This document shows positions 49,025-60,903 of a DNA stretch of 64,000 nucleotides, piece by piece. Position 1 is the first letter of the stretch; the number at the start of each line of letters is the position of its first letter. The notes beneath the pieces are model-generated. The model saw nothing but the letters and a program-made list of their open reading frames with translations, had not been told where the DNA came from and did not search any database. The translations under genes and the position numbers were made by a program. The DNA comes from Centroscyllium fabricii. Its lineage: Eukaryota. The DNA is taken from the NCBI GenBank assembly GCA_051313645.2, contig JBNRSN020000014.1, positions 103,230,001-103,294,000 of the forward strand, in the 5' to 3' direction.

Positions 49025-49645
49025 AACATAGAATTACATAGAATGTTACAGCACAGAAACAGGCCATTCGGTCCAATATGTTATGCCAATAGGTGTTTAT
49101 GCTCCACATGAGCCTCCTCTCAACTTAATTCATCTCACTCTGTCAACATGTCCTTCTATTCATTTCTCTCTCATGTACTTATCTAGCTTCCCTTTAAATG
49201 CATCTATGCTGTTCACCTCAACCACTCCATCTGGTAGCAAGTTCCACATTCTCACCACTTTGAAATTTGATGGAGTTGCTCAAAATCATGAGGGGTCTAG
49301 ACAGAATTTATAGAGAGAAATTGGTCCCAGTGGCAGAAGGGTCGTGAGCCAGAGGACACAGATTTAAGATGATTGGCAAAAGAGCCAAAGGTGACATGAG
49401 GAAAAACTCTTTTAGTCAGCAAGTGGTTATGATCTGGAATGCACTGCCCAAAATGGTGGTGGAGGCAGATTCAATTGTGGCTTTCAAAAGGGAATTGGAA
49501 AAGTGCCTGAAGGATTATTTTTTTTTAAAGAGGGCTAGGGGACAGGGTGGGGGTTGGGACTAGCTGAAGTACTCTTGCAGCGAGCTGGCATGGGTTCGAT
49601 GGGCCGAATGGCTTCCTTCTGTGCTGAAACCATTCCATGATTTTA
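49025..49645. mobile_element. Two short CR1-type 3' ends in opposite orientation
   Basis: Degenerate 3' UTR/tails and RT-end remnant. Confidence 0.7.
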
Positions 49646-50434
49646 TAGATTATAAAGAAGCTTCTTCTGACTTCATTACTGGATTTATTAGTGACGATCA
49701 TATATTTCTGGCCCATAGTTTTGGACTCCCTCACTTGTGGAAATATCTTCTCTGTGTCTGCCCTATCGAACCCATTCATAATTTTAAAGACCTTTTATGA
49801 GGTCATCCCTCAGTTTTCTCTTTTCTAAAGAAAGAGCCCCAGCCTGTTCAGTCTTTTTAGATAGTTGCACCCTTTCAGTTCTGGCATCATCCTTGTAAAT
49901 TTTTTGCACTTTCTCCAGAGTGCCTATATTCTTTTTGTAGTCTAACGAAGGTTCTATATACGTTTACGATTGCTTCCCTGCTTTTCAATTCTACTCCTTT
50001 AGAAAGTGCATTGTTTGCATTTTTATGGCTTTGGCAACTTGCATTGCTACTTTTATTAATTTGTGAATCTGTATCCCTAGATCCCTTTGTACCTCCACCC
50101 CATTTAGACTCTTATTAGCTGTCCGTCAGTCCTCTGGCATAATTCCATTTTCTAATGAATTTTTATATATATGTCCCACTCACCCACTCTTTCCCCTAGC
50201 CCTGCAAGTACTGCCTCTGCTATGTCTTCCCTAACTTCTTTTAGTATGGCCAGATGCAATCCATCTGGACCAGGAGTTTTATCCTTTCTAAGTTTGTCTA
50301 GTTTATCAATTATCTCCTTCCTTTCTATCTTAAATATCCTTTTTGATCTTTTCTTCCAATATCATGTCCACCTTGTTAGTCTCCCTGGTAAGAACTGAGG
50401 CAAAGTCATTAATCAATATTTCTGCCATTTCACT

Positions 50435-51197
50435 GGGCCAGAAATTCGGGTTGGAGGCTTCCCGTGAGTGAAAGCCTCCAACCCACACTTACGGAGCACG
50501 CCTGGCGTTCTGGATTCTGCCATCCTGAAATTCCGATCCAGGAGCCTGGTGAGAGGGCCCCACGCCGTGCTGCCGCATCTTAACGTCGGAGATGGTGCGA
50601 AGCTTCCCGCGGGATCACGTGGTCCGCGGGGAGCCAATCGGAGCAAAGAATGCTCCTTTCATAAGTTTGACAGGAAGAGCTGTCAAACTTATGATTTTCT
50701 ACAGCCCCAAAACCACACTAAACCTTAAAATAAATTTTTACAAAACATCACATTTTTAAAAATAACTTGTTATGACACAATAAAGCTATTTTAAACAACA
50801 ATTAAAAATTTTGAAAAAATAATTAAAGTCTTTAACGGGGCTACAAATCAATTTACCTTTTTAAAAAAAGTTTTTATAAATGAAAAACCTGTGGAAAAAG
50901 ATGTTTAAATTGAATTAAATAAACTTACCTGATGAAAAGGGGTATTTGCGGATGAAAATATCAGCCGTAACTTTCCCGATACTTACCCTGATAAAAAAGG
51001 GAGAAAAAAATCAGAAGTGCATTGTGCACACCCCTGCCGCGCACGCAACGCGCTCCGACTCCTGACCCCTTCTGACAGGGATCGGAATTGCCGGTTTCAC
51101 GCGCATGCGCGGTGCATGCCGGAAACCGGCAATTTCGATGGCCCGACGTGTGAGTACACCGTCCGTACTCACGCGTTGCGGGCCTAATTTCTGAGCC
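50435..51197 (-). mobile_element. Complete Harbinger-like MITE type 1
   Basis: TIRs GGGCCAGAAATT / AATTTCTGAGCC; flanks ACT/ATT. Confidence 0.8.
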
Positions 51198-51692
51198 ATT
51201 GTCATTACCTGTGAGTTTATCGTGTGCATCCCTTACTGGTCCAATTCCTATCTCAATGTTCCTATTTTTATTTATGTATCTGTTGAATTCTTTACTATTT
51301 CTTGTTATATTCCTTCATAATTTAATTTTGTAATTCTTCTTTGCCTTCCTAACTGCTTTTTTGACTTTTTTCCTAACCTCTTCGTATTCCCTTTTGCCAT
51401 CCTCTCCTTTTATGTCTACATACTGAGTGTATACCTTTTTTCTTCAATTTTAATTTTAGCTTTAGCTCTTTATTAATCCATGGTGTCTCATTATTGGCTA
51501 GTTTGTTCTTGTTTTATTAATGGAATATATTTCTTCTGAACTCAATTGATTACTTTTTTAAATATTTCCCCCTGCTGTTCCATCTTTGTTCATAAACTAG
51601 AAAAAATTACCTTCCCTAGTTCCATCCTCATCCCCCTCATCATTAGATTTTTTCCAATCTGTTACTTTGGACTTATGTCTCTCTCAGTCATT

Positions 51693-52440
51693 GGCCCAGA
51701 AATTGCAGTGGAGCCTTCATGCGGGTGCAGTGTCTGCTAGTTGCACTTGCACTGCCCATAATCCGTTTTGCTTTTTTGCACTCAGTAATTCCAGTTAGCC
51801 CAGCCTGTCAGAGCTCTGTGCGAGCTTCATGGGCATCTGAACGGCGTATTAGTGCGAGATGGCTTTTGAGACCATCTGATAGTGGAAGCAATCCTCCGTT
51901 CAAAACTTCCACTGAGAAATCTGTGTAAGTTTTCAATGGAGAGATTACCCAAAAGACATCTATACTCAAAAATAAAATTTTAAAAAGACCACATTTTTTA
52001 ACATTACCCCAACTAACATAAATAACCTATTTTAAAGAAAAAATAAAAATTTGCAGAATTCTTTTTCATCCTCTAAGAGGCCTAAACAAATACCTACCTG
52101 TCTTTAAAGTTAACAATAATTAAAAACCTGAAAAAGCAACACTTAAAATCAATAAAATACACCCTTACCAGATAAAAACGGGTGCTTACGACTCCTATTT
52201 TCCAGCGTTGAATTTTCTGCACTTGGTCCGTAGAAAAACCTAAAAAAAAAACAGAATTACTGAACGTACCCCGTAGTTCGATGGTTCCTGCGAGAGCCAT
52301 CACAGGAACTCTGCCCCCCCCCTTCTGGCCACCATCAGAATGACTAAAGCAGTGCAAACGGCTGTTTCATCCGAGATTAAGCTCTGGTGCGCTCACACCA
52401 GAGCTCAAACGCGATATGGGCAGACTGGAATTTCTGGCCC
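51693..52440 (+). mobile_element. Complete Harbinger-like MITE type 2
   Basis: TIRs GGCCCAGAAATTGCAG / CTGGAATTTCTGGCCC; TSD ATT. Confidence 0.85.
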
Positions 52441-52524
52441 ATTATCTTAAACCTCATTATGTTGTGATTGCTATCTGATAGATGCTTCCCTACGCTTACT
52501 TCTCTTATCTGCTCTGGTAAATAG

Positions 52525-52831
52525 TAATGAACTTTTTCCCTTGGTAGAGGGGTCAATAACAAGCGGCATAGTTTCAAGGTAAGAGGCGGGAGGTTTAGAG
52601 GAGATTTGAGGAAGAACATTTTCACCCAGAGGGTGGCTGGAATCGGGAACTCACTGCCTGAAAGGGTGGTAGAGGCAGGAACCCTCAGAACATTTGGATG
52701 AGCACTTGAAGTGCCATAGCATACAAGGCTATGGACCAAATGCAGGAAAATGGTATTAGAATAGACAGGGCTTGATGGCCGGCATGGACACGATGGGCCG
52801 AAGGGCCTCTTTCTGTGCTGTATGATTCTAT
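52525..52831 (+). mobile_element. CR1-type 3' end
   Basis: RT-end remnant and TATGATTC tail. Confidence 0.8.
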
Positions 52832-53537
52832 GGGCGCAAATGGACTAGTGCCAAATTAGCGTCAAAAATAGCGCCCCATGCTAAATTCAGCTGGGCGCTA
52901 AACTGGGGGCAAACTGTTAATGCCCCAACGAATTTAGCGCCCAGCTGGACGTCCAAAATGACATCATCAGGCTACGCAGCGCCTGGAAGGCACTGCGTGG
53001 CAGAAATTGGGCAGTGCCCACCGTTTTATCGCGGTGCTCTGCCAGCACCAGCTTTTTTCTGACCAAACAGCAGCGCCCGAGCGCTGCTTAAAGGGAAGTG
53101 CGGCGGTCGGCCATTTTTATTGCTGGCCGACCGCCAGCACCTTCCCCCGCTGCTCCCCGGCGGGTTGAGGCTTCCCTCAGCTGAGCGCGACACTTCCTCC
53201 ACGTGCCGGGTTCGTTCTGCGGCTCCCGGTCCCTCGGTGGCCCCGCGGGGCTCTCGCTGCAGCCGCACTAGGCCCCTTCCCGTTAATGGGGGAGGCAGCC
53301 TGCCGTTCCGCGGGCCGCCGCTACTGCTGCCTCCCTCATGCAGCGCTGCGCTAACGGCCCAGTATTCAGCCGCCTTTGCACTGAGAGCGAGGCGGCCCAC
53401 CCGATTTAGCTCCCGTCCAAACGGAATGGGCGATGCGGCCGATATCGGCATTTTTAGTGCCAGCGACGAGCTGGCGCTAAAAATAGCGCATCGCCCAGGT
53501 CAGCGCCACTTTTTGTGCGCTGACCAATTTAGCTCCC
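52832..53537. mobile_element. GC-rich Harbinger-like MITE
   Basis: GGGCGCAAATGG / CCAATTTAGCTCCC; TSD TAT. Confidence 0.75.
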
Positions 53538-53540
53538 TAT

Positions 53541-54267
53541 GACTCTAAGTATTTATCCAATTCCCTTTTTGAATCTGTACCCACCACATGATCAGGCAGT
53601 TGCATTCCTAATCCTAAGCACTCATGTAAAAAGGTTTTCCTTATGTTGCCTCTGGTTCTTTTGACAATCACCTTAAATCTGTGCCCTCCGGTTATCGACC
53701 CTTCAGCCATTGGCATCAGTTTCTCTTTATTTACTCTATTTAAAGGCTTCATGATATTAAACACCTCGATCAAAACTCCTCTTAGGCTCCTCTGCTCTAA
53801 GGAGAACAACCCCAGCTTCTCCAGTCTATCCACATAACTTTAATCTCTCATCCCCGGAACCATTCTAGTGAATCTCCTCTGTACCCTCTCTTAAAGCCTC
53901 CATGACTTTCCTAAAGTGTGGTGCCCAGAATTGGACACAATACTCCAGCTGGGGCCGAACTAGTGTTTTATATAGGTTTAGCATAATTTCATGTCTTTTG
54001 TACCCTGTGTCTCTATTTATAAAGCCCAGGATCCCAAATGCTTTATTAACTGCTTTGTTAATCTGTCCTGCCACCTTCAAAGATTTGTGCACAAGCACCC
54101 CCAGGTCTTCCTGTTCTTGCACCCCCTTTAAAATTGTACCGTTTAGTATGTAGGGTCTCTCCTCATTCTTCTCACCAAAATGTATCACGTCACACATCTC
54201 TGTGTTGAATTTCATTTGCCATGTGTCCACCCATTCCACCAGCCTGTCTAGGTCTTCTTGCAGTCTT
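53541..54267 (-). mobile_element. CR1 RT fragment
   Basis: [15 protein letters not shown]. Confidence 0.85.
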
Positions 54268-55521
54268 TCATAGAAACATAGAAGATAGGAGCAGGAGTAG
54301 GCCATTTGGCCCCTTGATCCTGCTCTGCTATTTAATGAGATCATGGCTGATCATCCAAACTCAGTACCCTGTCCCTGCTTTCTCCCCATATCCCTTGATC
54401 CCTGTAGCCTTAAGAAATATATCTAACTCTTTCTTGAATATATTTAATGAATTGGCCTCAACTGCCTTCTGTGGTAGAGAATTACACAGGTTCACCACTC
54501 TCTGGGTGAAGAAATTCCTCCTCATCTCAGTCCTAACTGGCTTACCCCTTATCTTTAAACTGTGACCCCTGGTTCTGGACTTCACCGCCATCAGGAACAT
54601 CCTTCCTGCATATAGTCTGTCTAGTCCTATTAGAATTTTTTCCGTTTCAATGAGATCCCCGCTCATTCTTCTAAACTCCAGCGAGGACAAGCCTAATCGA
54701 CCCAATCTCTCCTCATATGTCATTCCTGCCATCCCAGGCATCAGTCTGGTGAATCATCGCTGCACTTCTTCCATGGCAAGAACATCCTTCCTCAGATAAG
54801 GCAACCAAAACTGCACACAATATTCAAGATGTGGTCTCACCAAGGCCCTGTACAACTGCAGCAAGCCATCCTTGCTCCTGTCCTCGAATCCTGTCGCTAC
54901 GAAGGCCAACATACCATTTGACTTCTTAACCGCCGCTTACCTTCAGCGACTGGTGCACAAGGACACCCAGGTTTCGTTGCACTTCCCCTTCTCCCAATCT
55001 ATTGTCGTTCAGATAATCTGCCTTCCTGTTTTTGCCACCAAAGTGGATAACCTCGCATTTTTCCACATTATACTGCATCTGCCATGCATCTGCCTAATCA
55101 CCCAACCTGTCCAAATCATACTGGAGTTTCTTGGCATCCTCCTCACAGCACATACTCCCGCCCAGCTTTGTGTCATCTGCAAACTTGGAGATATTACATC
55201 TAATCTCCTCGGCTTGATCATTAATATATATTGTGAATAACTGGGATCCTAGCACCGATTCCTGCAGTACCCCGCTAGTCACTGCCTGCCACTCAGAAAA
55301 AGACCTGTTTTTTCCAACTCTTTGCTTCCTGTCTGCCAACCAGTTCTCTATCCAAGTCAGTAACTTACCCCCAATCCCATGTGCTTTAAATTTACCTGCT
55401 AATCTCTTATGCGGGACCTTACCGAAAGCCTTCTGAAAGTCCAAATACACCACATCCACTGGTTCTCCCTTATCTATTTTACCAGTTACATCCTCAAAAC
55501 TTCCAGTAGATTAGTCAAGCA
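54268..55521 (-). mobile_element. CR1 3' fragment, (TCTATGTT)n subfamily
   Basis: RT motifs and tail. Confidence 0.9.
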
Positions 55522-55722
55522 GGGGGAATCTCATTGAAACTTATAAAATTCTAACAGGACTAGACAGGCTAGATGCAGGAAGGATGTTCCTGATGGCGGG
55601 ATATGGGGAGAAAGCAGGGTACTGAATTTGGATGAGCAACCACGATCTCATTAAATGGCGGAACAGGCTCGAGGGGCCAAATGGCTTACTCCTGCTCCTA
55701 TCTTCTATGTTTCTTCTATGTT
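55522..55722 (+). mobile_element. Internally deleted CR1 3' end
   Basis: Tail homology. Confidence 0.8.
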
Positions 55723-55739
55723 AAGCTACACACATGCTG

Positions 55740-56212
55740 TGACAGCTGTAGCTCAGTGGGTAGCCCTCTTGCATCTGAGTCAGAAAGTTGGGGGTTCAAG
55801 TCCCACTCCTGGGACTTGAGCACAAGTCACTAGACTGTTACTCCAGAGCCGTACTGAGGGAGTGCTGCACTGCTGGAGGCGCCGTCTTTTTAATGAGACA
55901 TTAAACCAAGACACCATCTGTTCTCTCGGGGATGAAAAAAAAATCTCATGGCACTATTTGGAAGAAGCTCGGAGGAGTTATTCCCAGTGTCCTGGCCAAT
56001 ATTTATCCCTCAGTTAACATCACAACAGAAACAGATTACCTGATCATTTTAACCTTGCTCTTTGTGGGAGCTTGCTGTGTGCAAATTGGCTGACGCGTTT
56101 CCTACATTAGAACAGTGACTACACTTCAAAATTATTTCATTGGCTGTGAAACGCTTTGGGATGTCCTGAGGTCGTGAAAGGCGCTACAGAAATGCAAGGC
56201 TTTCTTTCTTTT
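55740..56212 (+). mobile_element. Full-length DeuSINE (SacSINE1-like)
   Basis: tRNA-like head (GCTCAGTGG, GGTTCAAGTCC), Deu-domain motif GTGTCCTGGCCAAT, L2-like tail. Confidence 0.8.
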
Positions 56213-56674
56213 TCCAGTCTCCGAAGGGAATTTTTTTGTCCCTTTTATAGCCCTCCATCCTAGCACCTTGATGCTCCATTGGCTTTGTTCCAATGACATA
56301 TCTACTGTGCTCGTAGATTGCGCTGCTTCTCGGGTATTTATCTGGTCGGGCTTATGATAATTAGTTTGCGAGGATATATGGCTCAATTTCACAAAATGGG
56401 CATTGCTTTGGAAGCAACTACCAATTGCCCTGACAAAGGAAACGCTAGGCCAAACTTTACAGATCAAATTTCGATTTCAATGTAACTATTCTCAATGACT
56501 CCCTCTCCTCATTTAGTCTTACCCTCGCAAAGATCTATCAAATGTATTTGTCAACATGATCACAGTGTTTATTAGACTGAATCTTAGTTATCTAATAAAA
56601 TGATCTCTCTCTTTCATATATTTTTGGTGTCCTGTACATTGATATGCAAAGACATATGACCATACAAACATAAT

Positions 56675-57535
56675 GGGCCAGAAATTCGGGTGCCTGGGAG
56701 TAGCTGCACCCGCACGGAGGGCTGCCAATATGCCCCGTGCGATGATCGCACGGGGCATGCCCATGGATCGGAGCTTTCCGATGCTGAGGGAGAAGAGGCC
56801 TCAGCATGGAACGCACAAAAGAATTGCACCCAAAAATCCCGATGTTTTTGGGTGTGATTCTGTGCGTGAATCTGTGGGCAACTGGGCCTGGGGCTGCACG
56901 AGAAAATAGGAGTCGTAACCTGTGCGTTGGTGAGAGCAGTGCGTTCCTAAACACAGGTAATGGACTTTTTTACCTTTAATTTTACGTTTTTTAAGTTTTT
57001 TGGAGTAATGTGGCCAGATCGCTATCATTAAATTTTGCTGTTGAAGTTTTTTTTTTTTTAATTCAAAAATCCAAATTTCAATTGCTATACCTATTCCAAA
57101 TCGCTTATTTTTAAATTTAAAGTTCAGAAATTTTTAACTCTCCTTAATTTAAAAAACGAAGAAAAAAATCTGTAAGACTTACCGACATTGATAAGCTGCT
57201 CTGGCCGTGGTGCTCACTGCCGAGTCTGTAGGTGCAGCAGTGGGCGTGGTCCTAATAACGGCCTCACGTCCCTGCTCTCTCAAAAGTCCGACTGTGAAGC
57301 AGGGGGCGTTTTTTATTTAAATTAGGGATCTGTGGGCGGGGCATCACTGCTACCTACGCACGACGGCAGCGCATATACTGCGCTCCTAGCGTGGCTGGAC
57401 TGCCACGCAGCCCAGGAACGGGGCAGAGCCAACAGGAAGGTCTGGACGTAAAAAAAGTGAGATGATGGTGCGGTGCTATAGGTGTCCGCATGGTCCTTGC
57501 ACCCGCACAAACTGGCACACTGGAATTTCTGGCCC
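56675..57535. mobile_element. Complete Harbinger-like MITE type 3
   Basis: Perfect TIRs GGGCCAGAAATTC; TSD AAT. Confidence 0.85.
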
Positions 57536-58152
57536 AATAAATTGATTGACAGGTGTACTTATGACAGTCCAGTCCTCTTAGAGTAATTATTTGGATTAGG
57601 TAGCTCTGATTCTCATAAGCAGATGATTTCCTGAAGTGAAACAATTTTCAATCGCCTGAGCTTAGTGGATTTTATCCGTACTTTAATTAAATAAATACTG
57701 GTCTTTCTCAGCTGAAAGATTAAAATTTGCTTTACGCATCTCTGGCTTCTGCCCAACAAAATTCAGCCCAAGCTCAGATTCTCTGTTGGCATCCATATGC
57801 TTTGTGCACTAATCGAGTGGGCGGCAATGGGCACTGGCACAGTGATCTGTAATAGATCTCCACCCACTGTTCATATCATCATTTCTGGCAGCCAGCAGGA
57901 GTCCCTGCCCAATTTTCGTTCGGTGCGTGACCCAAATGAGAGGGTAATGACGTGGCAAAGTCATGTCCCATTTGTCATCATTGGCGCTAATTCATATTCT
58001 CGGCAGCATAAAACTGGCATCCAGAGTTCCTAGAACCAGAGAACTTTATAGCACAGAAGGAAGCCATTCAGTCTATTGTGTGACTGCCAGCCCTTTGCTA
58101 GAGTAATCCAAAACTAACGTTACTGCCCTTTTCTTTCCACATAGACATAGAC

Positions 58153-58548
58153 GGGCGGCACGGTGGCATAGTGGTTAGCACTGTTGTCTCACAGCACTGG
58201 AGACCCGGGTTCAAATCCAGCCTCGGGCACTATCTGTGTGGAGTTTGCACATTCTCCCCATGTCTGCGTGGGTTTCCTCCGGGTGCTCCGGTTTCCTCCC
58301 ACAGTCCAAAGATGTGCGGGTTGGGTTGATTGGCCATGATAAATTGACCCTTAGTGTTAGGGGGGATTAAATATGTGGGGTTACGGGGATAGGGTGGGAT
58401 ATGTATCGATATAGGGATATGGGGAGAGGGCAGGGACTGGGTACTGGGTTTGGATGATCAGCCATGATCTCATTGAATGGCGGAGCAGGCTCGAAGGGCC
58501 GAATGGCCTACTCCTGCTCCTAGTTTCTATGTTTCTATGTTTCTATGT
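58153..58548 (+). mobile_element. Full-length HE1-like V-SINE
   Basis: tRNA head, V core and CR1 tail. Confidence 0.9.
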
Positions 58549-59292
58549 ATCTTCCTCTCCTTCAAATATTTATCCAATTTTCCCTTAAAAGATGCAATGG
58601 TCTCTGCTTCGACCATTTGCTGTGCCAAAGCAATCCATAGTCCAACAATCTCAGTGTAAAGATGTTTCTCTTAATCTCTCTCCTCCCTCACTTGGTGATA
58701 ATTTTAAACTGATCACCCCTTTTCACTGACTCATCAACCAGAAGTAATAGTCTTTCCCATTCATTCTATCAGAATTCATCATAGTTTATAAACATCTATT
58801 AAATCTTCTCTCAATGTTCTCCGCTCCAGTAAAAATAGTGCCAGTATTTCAAAACTCTTCTCATAACTATGTAGTTTATCATCCCTGGCATCATCTTTTT
58901 GGTTTTAATTCCTTTCTACAATGAGACCCGCAAAACTGAAAACATTACTCTAACTATAGCCGAACCAATGTTTTAGACATTTATCATTACTTCTCCACTC
59001 TTGCTCTTTATTAAACCCCAAATTTCTATTAGCCTTTTTTATTGTTTTGCTCACAGGCTGCTGAATTCGGCTCAGTAGCGTCCGGTTTTCGGGCGCTATG
59101 GGCGCTGTTTTGGGTCGAAAATGGCATCTTTCTGCGCCACGCAATGCTGATTTGCCGCCAGCCCTGCAATTTTTTACCTCAACGCTCCAGCTATCGCCAT
59201 CCCTCAAACACACACAGCTGAACGTGCGATCAGCAGCAAGGAAGACCCCTCACCAGCGTTATTTAAAAGGGCCATCAACTGCTTTCGGGTTA

Positions 59293-59695
59293 ACATAGAA
59301 ACATAGAAGATAGGAGCAGGAGTAGGCCATTCGGCCCTTCGAGCCTGCTCCGCCATTCAATGAGATCATGGCTGATCATCCAAACCCAGCACCCCGCCCC
59401 TGCCCTCTACCCATATCCCTCGATCCCTATCGAGCCTGCACCGACACATATCCCACCCAACCCCGTAACCCCACATATTCAATCTCCCTAACACTAAGGG
59501 TCAATTTATCCTGGCCAATCAACCTAACCCGCACATCTTTGGACTGTGGGAGGAAACCGGAGCACCCGGAGGAAACCCACGCAGACACGGGGAGAATGTG
59601 CAAACTCCTCACAGATAGTACCCGAGGCTGGATTTGAACCCGGGTCTCCAGTGCTGTGTGACGACAGTGCTAACCACTATGCCACCGTGCCGCCC
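59293..59695 (-). mobile_element. Full-length HE1-like V-SINE
   Basis: Same structure as 47264-47674. Confidence 0.9.
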
Positions 59696-59908
59696 CCTGC
59701 TACACCACTCCCTAGATACTTCTGCAACTTCAAATAAGATAACATACCACCAAACACTTCTACAAACTCACCAAGAGCCAGTAGAAATCAATCAGCAGGG
59801 TTAGTTGCTGATTGATTTCTACTGGCTCTTGGTGAGTTTGTAGAAGTGTTTGGTGGTATGTTATCTTATTTGAAGTTGTAGAAGTATCTAGGGAGTGGTG
59901 TAGCAGGG
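59695..59908. repeat. Palindrome with 103-bp arms and 8-nt spacer
   Basis: 59695-59797 is the reverse complement of 59806-59908, one mismatch seen. Confidence 0.95.
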
Positions 59909-60405
59909 TACCTCAAGGCTTCTGCTCAGACCAGTTGCTCTCAGACATGGGTCCAGTAGTTTGTATCCCTGTTGGCCTGCAGCATGACGGGGAGAATGAG
60001 CAGAGGTGAAACAAACTGCTCAAAGAGGGGGGGAGGAGGAGGGGAGAAGGGCTCTCAGCAGGAGGCCATATCCACCCAGGGTCTTCAGGGAGCAGTTCTC
60101 CTACCTCAACCTCAGCGAGGAACCATGTATGCGACATCTTCGCTTCACGAAGGAGGTGCTCACTGAAATATGCCACCTGTTGCAGGAAGAACTGTAGCCT
60201 CAGAGCAGGGCAAGGACAGCATTGATAGTAGCTGTGAAGGTGAGCGTGGCCTTGAATTTTTATGTGTCGGGTTCCTTCCAGACTGGAGCAGACGATATTT
60301 CTAACATCTCCCAGTTTGCCGAGCACTGTTGCATAAGGGAGGTCACTGAGGCTCTGTATGAAAAAAGAGGGGAATGCATTCCATTCTCACTTGCCAGTAA
60401 ACTAA

Positions 60406-60903
60406 TTTGCAGATGCCACAAAGCTGGGTGGGCGTGTGTACTGTGAGGAAGATGCCGAGAAACTCCAGGATGATTTGGACAGGTTGGGTGATTGGGCAGA
60501 AGCATGGCAGATGCAATATAACGTGGATAAATGAAAGATTATCCACTTTGGTGTCAAAAAACAGGAAGGCAGATTATTATCTGAATGGCAATATATTGGA
60601 AGAAGGGGAAGTGCAACGAGACCTGGGTGCCCTTGTGCACCTGTCACTGAAGGTAAGCATGCAGGTGCAGCAGGTGGTTAAGAAGGCAAATGGTGTGTTG
60701 GGTTTGAGTACAGGAACAAGGATGTCTTGCTGCAGTTGTATAGGGCCTTGGTGAGACCACAGCTTGAGTATTGTGTGAAGATTCGGTCGTCTGATCTGAG
60801 GAAGGATGTTCTTGCCATGGAACGAGTTCAGCAAAGATTCACCAGGCTGACACGTGGGATGACAGAAATAACATATGAGGAGAGATTGGGTTGATTGGGC
60901 TTA
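60406..60903 (+). mobile_element. CR1 RT fragment
   Basis: Degenerate RT motifs. Confidence 0.85.

Larger units (their letters stand above)
49650..52516 (-). mobile_element. Old degenerate CR1 ORF2 interrupted by two MITEs
   Basis: Endonuclease remnant (LSDSNHNIMRF), linker and RT-end remnants. Confidence 0.65.
59057..60405 (+). mobile_element. PIF/Harbinger left end with transposase N-terminus
   Basis: RRPYPPRVFR..LRFTKEVLTEICHLL..VKVSVALNFYVSGSFQ..ISQ. Confidence 0.8.

Noticed and set aside
59972-60446. Host HARBI1 gene
   Set aside because: Fragmentary, contains a stop, truncated by CR1; transposon remnant
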